A DNA stretch of 64,000 nt. It comes from a virus. Taxonomy: Duplodnaviria; Heunggongvirae; Uroviricota; Caudoviricetes. This document shows, piece after piece, positions 10,121 to 19,759 of this stretch. Location of the stretch: IMG/VR virus record IMGVR_UViG_3300049044_000094; one strand, given 5' to 3'. The notes below the pieces were generated by a model that worked only from the letters and a program-made list of their open reading frames with translations, was not told the origin of the DNA and did not search any database. The stretch's first letter is position 1. Each line of letters opens with the position of its first letter. The translations under genes were made by a program, and so were the position numbers.

Positions 10121-10815
10121 TGCGGTCGGGTCAGCCTCTGACCCACCTTATCTCGTTCGCGACGGGGTTTCCTGATGCGGCCGTGTCCTGGCAGGTCCAC
10201 GACACGGCCGGCAACCTGGTCACCAGCGGCTCGTTCACGCCGGCATCCGGTGCCGTCTCCGCCATCATCACCGTACCCGGCTCGGCCAACACGCTCGGCA
10301 GCGGGGTGGTCTACGGCACCCGAGATCTGAGCTGGAGCTACACCGCCGGCAGCCTGGCCCAGGCTGGCGAGCTGCGTTATTCGATTGAGGCACGTCTGCC
10401 ATTCGGCATCCAGCGAGATGGCGTTCGCACGAAGCTCGGCGTTGAGGCGCACGAGCTGCCCGATGATCAGATTGGCATGGTCAGGGCGTACCTAGCGTTT
10501 CAGGAGCGAGTTAGCTCGGACCTGCTTGACACCTTCGCCGACGCCTCGGCCTACGAGCAACTCGTCATCGCTGACGGCATTGAAGCCGCGGCCGCGCTCG
10601 CCCTGATCCCGACGATGCAGGTTCGCCTCGCCTCGAAGGAGGCCAACGGTACCAACCAGTACCAGCGTGCCGACATCGACTGGGCTGCGGTCCAGGGTTT
10701 CCTCCAAGGCCTGATTGACGACGCGGTCGGCTTGGTGAACCCAGCGCTCGGCGCGGATGTCTCGATCGGAAACATTTTGCTGCTGACGACGCCGGACGAC
10801 CCCTTTACCGGGTGA
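10120..10815 (+). CDS. head-tail connector (gp6-like)
   Basis: C-terminal helical region and position after capsid resemble Phage_connect_1-type adaptors. Confidence 0.4.
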
Positions 10816-10839
10816 TCGCAGCGGGTTAGGGCAGGGGGT

Positions 10840-11178
10840 ATGAGTAGACCTGCTCCGCCATCTGAAACCTCCGTCCTCATCACCGGTTGGAAGATTACCG
10901 GAGGTCTGTTGGTCCTGATTATGATCAGCGGCTTGATTTTCGCAGACGACCCCAAGCCACTCACCGCGGTACAGCGCCTTACAGATCTCGAGCGTAGAAT
11001 ATTGGTGTCGGTCAAAACTGACCGCAAGTTCAAGACGGATGAAGAGGCCGCGCAGTATCTGATCGATCTAAGACCCTCTGATGCTGATCGACGACGTTGG
11101 GCACGTGAACGAGAACAGCGCGACGCAGAAATTGCCGCGCTTGCTCGAGCTGGTTGCGAGATGTCAGGTCGCTGCTAG
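10840..11178 (+). CDS. membrane protein (moron inside structural module)
   Basis: N-terminal TM helix VLITGWKITGGLLVLIMISGLIF then charged soluble domain; not a virion-type sequence. Confidence 0.4.
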   Translation: MSRPAPPSETSVLITGWKITGGLLVLIMISGLIFADDPKPLTAVQRLTDLERRILVSVKTDRKFKTDEEAAQYLIDLRPSDADRRRWAREREQRDAEIAALARAGCEMSGRC

Positions 11179-11609
11179 GACTGCCCCGTCCGCAGCAGTT
11201 CGATAGAGATCGCCCGGTAGTTCCGGATTTCGCTCTGCGCCATCGGTGCCATATCCCACGCGCTCGTCACCATTTCAGAGATCTCCTGCCCGGTGACCGG
11301 GTCGAGGAGCTTGATCTTCTGTCCCTCGCCAGTGTGGGCATGGATGATGTCGATAATCTCCATCTCGCGGAGAAGGTGGGCGTCCTGAAAGCTCGATAGC
11401 GCGATCGAATAGCGGACCACCCAGAGGCCTTGATTTTCGCTGAAGGCGAAGCCGTCGACGCCGATCAACGTCTCTTTGGGAAGTTTATCCTCATCCTGCC
11501 GATTTTCCCACGACCAATATTGCAGCGCCTGATGGCCGGTGGTTGCCTTGATCTCCTCGACAATGTCGTTGGTCGAGCGGACGAGAGACTTATAGATCGA
11601 GCTGATCAT
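11175..11609 (-). CDS. hypothetical protein, reverse-strand moron
   Basis: 145 aa from M at 11609; stop codon overlaps stop of 10840-11178 on opposite strand (CTAG). Confidence 0.4.
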   Translation of the reverse strand: MISSIYKSLVRSTNDIVEEIKATTGHQALQYWSWENRQDEDKLPKETLIGVDGFAFSENQGLWVVRYSIALSSFQDAHLLREMEIIDIIHAHTGEGQKIKLLDPVTGQEISEMVTSAWDMAPMAQSEIRNYRAISIELLRTGQS

Positions 11610-11628
11610 CACCCACCGGTGGGGCTTC

Positions 11629-12504
11629 GTGAGCGACAATCCAACCCTTCGTTTTCGGTTCACCTTCAACCGCCGCACCGGCGGCCGGCCGGAGATACAG
11701 AAGAACATTCGCGCGACCGGCCTCAGCTTTGCCCACACGATCGTCGAGGACGTCGGCGAGGTCGCAGCGAGCGAGACCTATAATGAGCTGAAGGGACGCA
11801 TGCGTCAGCAGATTCAGAGGGTCGTGCATCGGGAAATCGAGCACATCGCCAAGCTCTACTACCGCTTCATCATCGGCATCGAGCGCGCCCGATTCCAGGG
11901 CTCGCTCTCCACACTCGCCAATACTGGGGAGTTTGACACCGAAGGCAATCCCGTCCGATCGAGAATACCACTTGGCTCGATGCTCGAGCCTTGGGCCGCC
12001 CGCAGCAGGAAGTATCTGCGTCGGAAGCAGCGCGAATATGGTCACAAACGCTGGTTCGAGCGCAGCAAGGCTCTCGGCGACGAGATGAAGAACGACGCCT
12101 CCTGGTACAGCTTCTTCGGCCCACTACGAATCCGGCTCGTCCGTGAGAAGGATAAGGTGCTGCGCCGTGACGGCAGTGGCCATTTCGCGGTCGGTCGAAT
12201 CGAGGTCCGTGCCTTCGGCAATCTGACACCCTCGATGCTGCCCGCCCTATCCACCGGCAACCCGCGTGACATTGAGGCCGGCGACGGTCGCAGCAATGGG
12301 CTCATCAATCTGGTGCATCGGAAGAACCCGAAGATCGGGCACCACCTGGCCGGAGGCCGCTCGCGCAACGTGCCTTATCGCCCCACGGTGGAGCCCTTCC
12401 TTTCGTTCGTTCTCACGAGGTCGGTGCCAACGGCTGTGTTCAGCCAGCTTCGCCGCGCAACGGATGGTGTCGGATCGGCAGGTCGTACGCGCCGGCGCAC
12501 CTGA
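11629..12504 (+). CDS. hypothetical basic (Arg/Lys-rich) protein upstream of tape measure
   Basis: 291-aa ORF with GC3-rich coding codon usage; not similar to major tail or G/GT chaperones. Confidence 0.4.
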   Translation: MSDNPTLRFRFTFNRRTGGRPEIQKNIRATGLSFAHTIVEDVGEVAASETYNELKGRMRQQIQRVVHREIEHIAKLYYRFIIGIERARFQGSLSTLANTGEFDTEGNPVRSRIPLGSMLEPWAARSRKYLRRKQREYGHKRWFERSKALGDEMKNDASWYSFFGPLRIRLVREKDKVLRRDGSGHFAVGRIEVRAFGNLTPSMLPALSTGNPRDIEAGDGRSNGLINLVHRKNPKIGHHLAGGRSRNVPYRPTVEPFLSFVLTRSVPTAVFSQLRRATDGVGSAGRTRRRT

Positions 12505-12564
12505 AAAGTGGTGCAGCGCCTTTTCTATTGATGTCGGAGTCCTCGACGATCTTTACACTCGTCG

Positions 12565-15500
12565 ATGGCGAACGAACCCGGCACCGTAGAAGGCAATGTC
12601 GATCTCGAAGTCGATGGCTCCGGCATCGTCAAAGCTATTGCTGCGATCGAAACCAAGATCGCGAAGATCCAGGGTGCAATCACCAAGATCGTTAATGACT
12701 CCACGCTCGGTGCCGCGGAGTTCGACAAAAAGCTGAGTGGTACCGTCGCTGGCCTTCAGCAGGCATTGGGTCAGGTTAACACACTCCAGAAAAAGCTTGA
12801 GGCGGACGCTCGCAAGCCGATCACCCAGGCCAATCAGAACGCCGGCCTCGCCCGGGCGACCAGCCAAGCGGCTACCTACGCGAAGACGTTGGACAACGCG
12901 ACCACCTCGGCGGACGCGCTTCAGGCCAAGCTCAATGATATCAATAAGGCAATCGCCCGCGGAGGCGCAGACGGCATCCTTCCGAAGCGGGCCATCGAGA
13001 ACCAGAAGAAGAACACGGAAAGGGCGATCGCCGATCTTCGCCGCCTGGACGGCGAGCTGGAGCGGCTCGAGGCGAAGGCCCGCCGGTCGAAGGGCATCGA
13101 CGTTTCCTTCGACAAAGCTCAGGTCCAGCAGGCCCGCAAGTCGTTGCTCGAAGCGACGCTCAATCCGCGCCGCAGCAATTTCCAGAACGAGATCAACGCC
13201 CTTTCGGATGCTCAGGCGGGCCTTGCCAAAGCCATCGGTGATTTCCGCAACAAGGGCGCCGAGACTCTCCGTTCGTATCGACAGAACGCCAGGGAGGGGG
13301 CCGATGAGGCTCGTAAGCAGGCTCAGGTCGAATTGGCCTATCGCGCCCGCGAGCTGTCTGATGTCCGGCAGGTTCAGGCGCAGAAGCGTCTAGCCGCTGA
13401 CGAGGACAAGGCTTACCGCTCCAGCCAGTTGGCGGCGCGACGTGAACTGACCGAGGCCGAGAAGATCGGCGCCGCCCAGGTTGCTGCCCTGAACCGCAAG
13501 CAGTTCGAGGATGATGCCCGTGCTGACAAGGAGCGCGAGCTTCGCCGTAAGGACGCGCTGAAGGATCATCAGACCTCCCTGAAGACGAGGAAGGATGCAG
13601 CCGTCGCAGAGGTTGCCGCGTTGCGTGCCTCCGGCAACGCCGAGGCCCTCGAGCAGGCCCGCATCCGCAACGCCGGCCTCATCGCGGCTGCCCGTGATCG
13701 GTTGAAGACATCTACCGGTGAAGAAGCTCGCAAGATCCACGAGATCCTCGACATCGAAAAGGCCCGCGGCCAAGCGCTTCGCCAGGATCTGGCGGCCGAG
13801 GAACGACGAGCGGCCGCCATTGAACGGCAGGAAAAGGCACAACGCAATCTCGTCGCACGCCTTGACCAGCGTTTTCGCAAGGACGGTCTGCGCGACGAGA
13901 TCGCTGCCGAGAAGGCGGCGAATAACCTCACCAATGCTCGCGTGGAAGCAAGCCGACGTCTGCTCGACGCCCGGCAGCGCTACAAACTGGCCTCTGCGGA
14001 AGAGAAGCAGGAACTTCTTCGCACGATCGAACTGGAGCGGGCTCGTCTCCGATTGATCGATCAAGAGGTGGCCGCGGCCAAGCGCTTGGCCGAGGCGGAA
14101 AGCCGGGGGGCAGGGCGGGACAAGGGCAGCCCGATCAAGAATATTCTGACCCCCAGCTATGCTGGCGCCGCCTTCGCTCGCACCGCTGTGTATGGTGCCG
14201 CCGCGGGCGTCGCATATGGCGCCTTCAACGCCGTGCAGGAAGGGTTGCAGTTCGTCGTTCAGTTCGAGGACGAGCTGAAGAACCTCCAGGCGATCTCCGG
14301 CGCGACAGAAACGCAACTCGCATCTTTGTCAGACACAATCGTCGACGTTGCTTCGCAATCAAAATTTTCAACCCTTGAGATCACCAAAGCAGCTACAACG
14401 CTTGCTCAAGCTGGCTTCTCTACAAGTGACATGGAGAAGTCTCTTGCTGCGGTAACTGGATTGGCCGCAGCGTCTGGTTCCAGCCCTGCCGAAGCCGTGG
14501 ATGTGCTAACCAGTTCAATTTCAGCATTCAACCTCCAGACGAGCGAGGCTTCTCGCGTCTCTGACGTTCTCGTCGCCGCGTTGAACCGTTCCAAGTTGAC
14601 CATTGAGCAGGTTCGGCTTGCAATACAGTATGTTGGAGCTACCGCCTACGAGCAAAACATCTCGCTTGAGCAACTCGTTGCAACCGCTGGTGCCTTAGCT
14701 AATGCTGGTGTTCGTAGTGGTTCAACAATTGGCACCGGCCTAAGGCAACTGCTTGTCGATTTACAGAATCCAAGCGAGAAGCTGCTCGAACAGTTCAATC
14801 GGCTCAACATCAGCTTGGCTGATGTCGACGTCAAGACCCGCGGTTTCCCGGCCGTTTTACAGACGCTCACCGATAAAGGATTTGGTGCCGCTCAAGCTTA
14901 TGGGGCGCTCGAAACCCGGGCGGCTGCAGCGTATCTGGTCCTTCGCAACCAACAGGATACGTTAGGCGACCTTTTGGTCGCCGTTGCGAGACAAGGGGCT
15001 GCCGCAGAAGCGAACGCCAAGGCAATGGATTCGCTGTCTGCACAATGGACTCGGTTCACCAACATCCTAAGCACTTCCGCCTCTGGAGCGTTGCAGGATA
15101 CGGTCGATTTCCTGAAAAGCGTGCTCACCATTGCCGGTGATGGTATTCAGAAAATAAAGGATCTCCGCGAGGAAGCGTCCAAGTCTGGAGTCGCAGAACA
15201 AGTCCAACAATACAGCCTCCCTGGGCCTCTCGACGCGCTTTCCGCCCTAAACAAAGCGCTACTCACGGTTGCCGATAGTGGTGTCATTGCGGGCCGCGAA
15301 CTGGGGCTGTTGGATCAGAATACACGTGGTTGGGGAGAGAGGTGGATCGCGTATAGCGATAGTGTTTCGGGTTCATCTGCGAACCTTGACGATCTGTCGA
15401 CGGCCACTAAAGACGCAACTGAACAGTTGGACGCTCAACAGCAAACGGTTTCGTCACTCGACCAAGAAATAGCCCGGCTTTTACTTCAGCAAAACTCAAT

Positions 15501-17769
15501 CGCCAATAATCAGCGCCTTGTTCAGGCTGAGACGATAACTCTCACTTCGCGCTTTGAGGGCTTGGCCGTTCAGCTAGGAACTACTGAGAACAAGTTCTAT
15601 GACTTAGTCAACGCACTTCGAGCTTACAGAAAGGAGCAGCGTGAAGCCCTAGGAACTGCTCTTCAAGGACAGATCAACGCTGTAACACTTGAGCGCGACA
15701 GCCTTAACCGGCAAGGTGGCCAGCAAATCCGTGCCATTCGTACGAGCAATGAATATGGGCTGCTTAAGCCCGCTGAGCGTGCGGCACTTAATAATCCCAC
15801 ACGGGACGCGAATGCAGCAATCCTGACCGATGCTGCCAATCGACTGATCAAATCTAATCCGACGATCGCGCGCCAGCTTCTCGGTCTGTCCACCACGGCT
15901 GGACGATTTGTCGAGCTGGGGGTTCAGCAGAGAGGCGCTCAAGAAGCGCTGAGCTTCAACCGTGCAGCGACTTCAAATTACGGTCAGCAAGCCAGCAACT
16001 TTTTTGAGGGTGTCCAGGCCAGGATCGGACAGATCACCCCTCAGGCGACTGGTAAGGAACCTGGTGAACGGAAGGCGCTGTTCAATGCTCCGATCGCGGA
16101 TCTTGATCGGTTCGATCGTGAGCTTGAGAGGAAGCTCAACGCTGGTGGGCTCCGTGAAGGTGATCGAGAATTCATTGAGGATCTCCGCCAACAGGTCGCT
16201 TCTGCCAAAGCTGGTGTACAGGCGCTCGTCGATCCGACTTCGGCTGAGCAGAAGGCCAGTGACCGTGCGGCCAACAAGGCTGCCGGCGCCGCCAGGCGTG
16301 CGCAGAACAAGGCGCTCAGCAACGATCAGTTCCTTGAGCGTTCACAACTCAAGACGGCCGAACTCGATATCAAGGACGCGCTCGAGGATGTTGCGCAGGC
16401 GTCGGCCCTTGCAATTTACGACGAGGGTCGTGAGGCCGCGATGGCGGCACTTGATCGTTGGGTTGACGAACGTAACCAACTGGCCGACGCCGAGATTGCG
16501 AAGCGAGGCCTTGGAGGGGAACAGGCAGAACTCTATCGCCGGGAGGTCGCTGAAGAGATCCGCGCTAAGACCGATCAGGTTGTGCGTGCCCTCAACGATG
16601 GGTTCCGTAAATATATCGATGCTCAGGTAGACCAGATCAATCGCGAATTTGATCAGGCACTCCAGCCCACTCAGAGAGCACTCGGTATTGCAGAGGGACT
16701 TCGCAGCGGCCTGGATCGAGAATCTCTCAATGGTAAGGTGCCGGATTACGTACGGCAACTAGCGGACCGACGGGCGGGTTTGGCTCGGGATGAGGCTGAT
16801 CGCGCCGCTATCCCGGCCAATGAGGCCCGCATCGCCCGACTGCAGCAGCTCGCCAATGACACCAGGGCGCGTATCGAGGTTGCAAAGGGTGAGGGGGCAT
16901 CGACTGCTGAAGTCGCCACTTTGAATATCGAAGTCGAGAAGCTCACGCAGCAGATCGACGAGTTGTCAGTCGCCAATGACAATCTCAAGGCTAGCTTCCA
17001 TTCCGAGACGCTTATACCGCCAACCCTCGGCGCCTCCCTCCGTTCTGCTATCGATGCGTATGCTCAGGCGAATGGCGTCAACAACACCTTCGCCGAAAAC
17101 CTTAAGAACAACCTGGGTGGCGCGGTCGCGGCGGTTGGGGAGGGGTTCCGTGGCTTTTTCTCCAGCATTATCAGCGGCTCACAGTCCGCCGGTGGGGCGT
17201 TCATGGGTTTTGTCAAGAGCGTGATCCGCGCTCTTGAAGAGCTGCTGGCTCAGCAGCTCGCGCTGATGCTCCTCAAGCAAATCTTCAGCATGTTCGGCAG
17301 CTCTTTTGGCGGATCCACCTCGACCAGCCTTTCGGCGGGGACCGCCGGCGGCGGCTCGATCGGTGGTGCATCCGGCGCCAGTTTCATGCCAACCACTCTC
17401 CGATATCGAGGTGGCCCCATCACCGGTTACGACACCGGTGGTCTCGTCCGCAACGGGGTGCCTAATCGTGACAGCGTGAATGCGAAGCTGGCGAAGGGCG
17501 AGTTCGTGTTGCGGAAGAGTGCCGTGGATTCTCTCGGTGCCGAGTTCGTGAGCGACCTCAATCGCCGTGGTAAAATGGCGATCGAGGGCCTGAAGAAGAT
17601 GCCCACCGTGGTTCAGCAGATGCCTAAGCAAGAAATGGCTGTCTACGTCGTGGCCCCTGAGCAGAGGCCATCGCTTACGCCGAACGACGTGCTCGTCACG
17701 ATCCAGGAGGACATCCTCAAGGACGGCACGACCAAGAAACTGATCAAACACGTAAGCCAAGGAGGATAG
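12565..17769 (+). CDS. tail tape measure protein
   Basis: 1734 aa; N-terminal 500 aa coiled coil; central TP901-family TMP core; Gly-rich C-terminus. Confidence 0.8.
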   Translation: MANEPGTVEGNVDLEVDGSGIVKAIAAIETKIAKIQGAITKIVNDSTLGAAEFDKKLSGTVAGLQQALGQVNTLQKKLEADARKPITQANQNAGLARATSQAATYAKTLDNATTSADALQAKLNDINKAIARGGADGILPKRAIENQKKNTERAIADLRRLDGELERLEAKARRSKGIDVSFDKAQVQQARKSLLEATLNPRRSNFQNEINALSDAQAGLAKAIGDFRNKGAETLRSYRQNAREGADEARKQAQVELAYRARELSDVRQVQAQKRLAADEDKAYRSSQLAARRELTEAEKIGAAQVAALNRKQFEDDARADKERELRRKDALKDHQTSLKTRKDAAVAEVAALRASGNAEALEQARIRNAGLIAAARDRLKTSTGEEARKIHEILDIEKARGQALRQDLAAEERRAAAIERQEKAQRNLVARLDQRFRKDGLRDEIAAEKAANNLTNARVEASRRLLDARQRYKLASAEEKQELLRTIELERARLRLIDQEVAAAKRLAEAESRGAGRDKGSPIKNILTPSYAGAAFARTAVYGAAAGVAYGAFNAVQEGLQFVVQFEDELKNLQAISGATETQLASLSDTIVDVASQSKFSTLEITKAATTLAQAGFSTSDMEKSLAAVTGLAAASGSSPAEAVDVLTSSISAFNLQTSEASRVSDVLVAALNRSKLTIEQVRLAIQYVGATAYEQNISLEQLVATAGALANAGVRSGSTIGTGLRQLLVDLQNPSEKLLEQFNRLNISLADVDVKTRGFPAVLQTLTDKGFGAAQAYGALETRAAAAYLVLRNQQDTLGDLLVAVARQGAAAEANAKAMDSLSAQWTRFTNILSTSASGALQDTVDFLKSVLTIAGDGIQKIKDLREEASKSGVAEQVQQYSLPGPLDALSALNKALLTVADSGVIAGRELGLLDQNTRGWGERWIAYSDSVSGSSANLDDLSTATKDATEQLDAQQQTVSSLDQEIARLLLQQNSIANNQRLVQAETITLTSRFEGLAVQLGTTENKFYDLVNALRAYRKEQREALGTALQGQINAVTLERDSLNRQGGQQIRAIRTSNEYGLLKPAERAALNNPTRDANAAILTDAANRLIKSNPTIARQLLGLSTTAGRFVELGVQQRGAQEALSFNRAATSNYGQQASNFFEGVQARIGQITPQATGKEPGERKALFNAPIADLDRFDRELERKLNAGGLREGDREFIEDLRQQVASAKAGVQALVDPTSAEQKASDRAANKAAGAARRAQNKALSNDQFLERSQLKTAELDIKDALEDVAQASALAIYDEGREAAMAALDRWVDERNQLADAEIAKRGLGGEQAELYRREVAEEIRAKTDQVVRALNDGFRKYIDAQVDQINREFDQALQPTQRALGIAEGLRSGLDRESLNGKVPDYVRQLADRRAGLARDEADRAAIPANEARIARLQQLANDTRARIEVAKGEGASTAEVATLNIEVEKLTQQIDELSVANDNLKASFHSETLIPPTLGASLRSAIDAYAQANGVNNTFAENLKNNLGGAVAAVGEGFRGFFSSIISGSQSAGGAFMGFVKSVIRALEELLAQQLALMLLKQIFSMFGSSFGGSTSTSLSAGTAGGGSIGGASGASFMPTTLRYRGGPITGYDTGGLVRNGVPNRDSVNAKLAKGEFVLRKSAVDSLGAEFVSDLNRRGKMAIEGLKKMPTVVQQMPKQEMAVYVVAPEQRPSLTPNDVLVTIQEDILKDGTTKKLIKHVSQGG

Positions 17770-17770
17770 G

Positions 17771-18172
17771 GTGTCCGGCACGTTCGACTTCTGCCCGAAC
17801 AGTCTTGTGCCGGAGCTGATGCCACCAGATCCGGTTAAGGGCATCAGCATGAATGGTTGGACGTTCACGGCCAAGCCCACCATCCCGTACCAGCGCAAGT
17901 GGAAGGTCACCCTTCACGGCATGAAGTGGTTCCTGCAGTCGAACGGCTTATTCGACACTACGACGCAGCCGATGATCAATGCGCGGCGCCTCGAGCTGTT
18001 CTATCAGTCCAACGGGGTTTGGGACAATTTTTCGTGGACGCATCCGCACCTTGGTGCGCTCACCTGTCGATTTGATGCCGCGGTTGCGGTGCCGGCTGGT
18101 ATTCCAAATTCGGGTGGACTGATCGAAGCGTTCGAGATCACGCTCGTTGAGCATAATCCGGGATATTCATGA
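17771..18172 (+). CDS. minor tail protein M-like (distal tail)
   Basis: FSWTHPHLGALTCRFD..IEAFEITLVE aligns with lambda gpM FLWTPPYEWRQIKVTC..VEFSAEFEQV. Confidence 0.5.
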   Translation: MSGTFDFCPNSLVPELMPPDPVKGISMNGWTFTAKPTIPYQRKWKVTLHGMKWFLQSNGLFDTTTQPMINARRLELFYQSNGVWDNFSWTHPHLGALTCRFDAAVAVPAGIPNSGGLIEAFEITLVEHNPGYS

Positions 18173-18723
18173 TGGTCAGTCTGAGCAAAGTCGGTCGCCG
18201 TTTCGAGGTGCCCCTCACCGTCATCGAGGGTGGATCGGGGACCATTCAGGGCATTATCTCCGAGACCGACCAGCAGCAAATCCCCAGCTACATCTTCGTG
18301 CAGCAGCGGCATGTTCTGCGGGTACCGGCGCCGACTGCTCTGCAGTTCGGCATGGTCGTCCGTACCCCTGCCGGCCAGGTCTATATCCTCGGCGACAACG
18401 GGCCATCCGAAGCCGCTGAAGGCACCGTCTGGCAATCGTTCCGGCTCTTCGAACCCAGCGGCCAGTATCGGTGGGAGCGGCGGATCAAGGTCGTGGATCC
18501 CGTCACTCGGCTGGAACGTGATGATGGCTTGCAGGATATGGGCACCGTCTGGGCGGCCATGGAGCCGCTGGATCGCGAAGCCTTCGACCGGAAGATCCGC
18601 GCTTCGTTCGAGCAGAGCCGGTTCATCACCGGTGCTGCCGTTCTCTCAGATGACCTGCTCGACGGCCGGCCGGTGACCAAGAGCGATGTGCTGCTTGGCC
18701 TCCGGATCGGCGTCATTACCTAG
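18169..18723 (+). CDS. hypothetical tail protein
   Basis: 184-aa ORF overlapping previous stop (ATGA). Confidence 0.4.
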   Translation: MMVSLSKVGRRFEVPLTVIEGGSGTIQGIISETDQQQIPSYIFVQQRHVLRVPAPTALQFGMVVRTPAGQVYILGDNGPSEAAEGTVWQSFRLFEPSGQYRWERRIKVVDPVTRLERDDGLQDMGTVWAAMEPLDREAFDRKIRASFEQSRFITGAAVLSDDLLDGRPVTKSDVLLGLRIGVIT

Positions 18724-19393
18724 AAGCTCAGAACGCTGTTGATCTTAGCCACAGCCGCCTCGAGGTTGGCCGCCCCTGGCGTGATCGTATCTTTCGATGG
18801 CGGCGCACTAGGACCGGTGTTGTCAGTCTTGCCACCCAGCGCTGCGTTGATGATCTGAACCAAGCTGTTGTGTTGGGTGAGCTGGACCGCGGCCAGCTCC
18901 CCATATTTCAATCGCACCCGCTGGCTCAGTTCATAGAAGCTATACACCCAGTACAGCTTCTCGGCTTCATCTTCGCAAACATTGAATGCCCAGCAGATGG
19001 CGTCGTTCAGGCTGAGGCCTGAGAACCACTCGTCGAGAGCGCCAATTGCGGAAGCGCCTCTTTGAACTGGTTGCCCAGGCGAGCGAGTTCGCTCGCCTGC
19101 TGCTGAAAAAAATACAGCAGGTGCTCCGTGATCCATTTGAGCAGGTCCGACACTTCGTTCGGACCAATGTCATCCAGCTCATCGAAGTCGATCAAGTCCT
19201 CGATCTTCTCGACGGACTTCTTAACCGGCGTGAGTGCTCGACGAACTAGGTAATCCCGGGCGTAGGGATCGGTCAGCACCGTTGTGATGGCATTTTCAAC
19301 ATCGGGTACCATGCGCTGAAGATCGTTGAACAAGCCGTAGCTCATCTTGATCTCGCGGTCGCCGATCGTGATGGTGGAGTTGGGGCGTTCCAT
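18720..19393 (-). CDS. RHH-coupled protein split into two overlapping frames (128-aa ORF 19007-19393 and 138-aa ORF 18720-19136); -1 shift at T7 tract would fuse a ~245-aa product
   Basis: both frames protein-like; A7 run at 19106-19112 (T7 on coding strand) lies in the 130-nt overlap; ATG 19393 overlaps RHH stop (TAATG). Confidence 0.4.
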
Positions 19394-19590
19394 TATTCTT
19401 CGGTCTCCACGACGGCCTTGATCAGAAGCAGGCGAAGCGCCTGGTCGAGCGAGACATGCTTGCCCATCCCGAGGCGAAGAAGCTGGTTGACCTTGGCATT
19501 GAGGTTTTGGCCGTCGGCCTGGGCCAGTTCGGCAAGCTCGGTGTACATCTCGCGAGGTACCCGAACGGTGAAGCTGCGGTCTTTTGACAC
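19393..19590 (-). CDS. ribbon-helix-helix (CopG/Arc-like) DNA-binding protein
   Basis: GTG 19590 with GGAG RBS; RSFTVRVPREMYTELAELAQADGQNLNAKVNQLLRLGM is a canonical RHH strand-helix-helix. Confidence 0.55.
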   Translation of the reverse strand: MSKDRSFTVRVPREMYTELAELAQADGQNLNAKVNQLLRLGMGKHVSLDQALRLLLIKAVVETEE

Positions 19591-19759
19591 GTAGTTACTC
19601 CGGCGGTTGACAGGCAACCACCTAGGACGACGACTGCAACCAGTCGATGTGCAGTTGGGACTTAGATTTGGTGAAGCGCGGTGGCCGCGCTTTACATGGT
19701 TCTTCGTGATGACGGCTTTCAGAGAGGGCGCTGAAGTTTCGTCATACAGGAGCGCCATC

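Noticed and set aside
11629-12504. Calling the basic 291-aa ORF the major tail protein or G/GT chaperone by position
   Set aside because: The sequence is Arg/Lys-rich with no tube-protein or chaperone pattern and has no internal slippery site or overlapping T frame; left as hypothetical.
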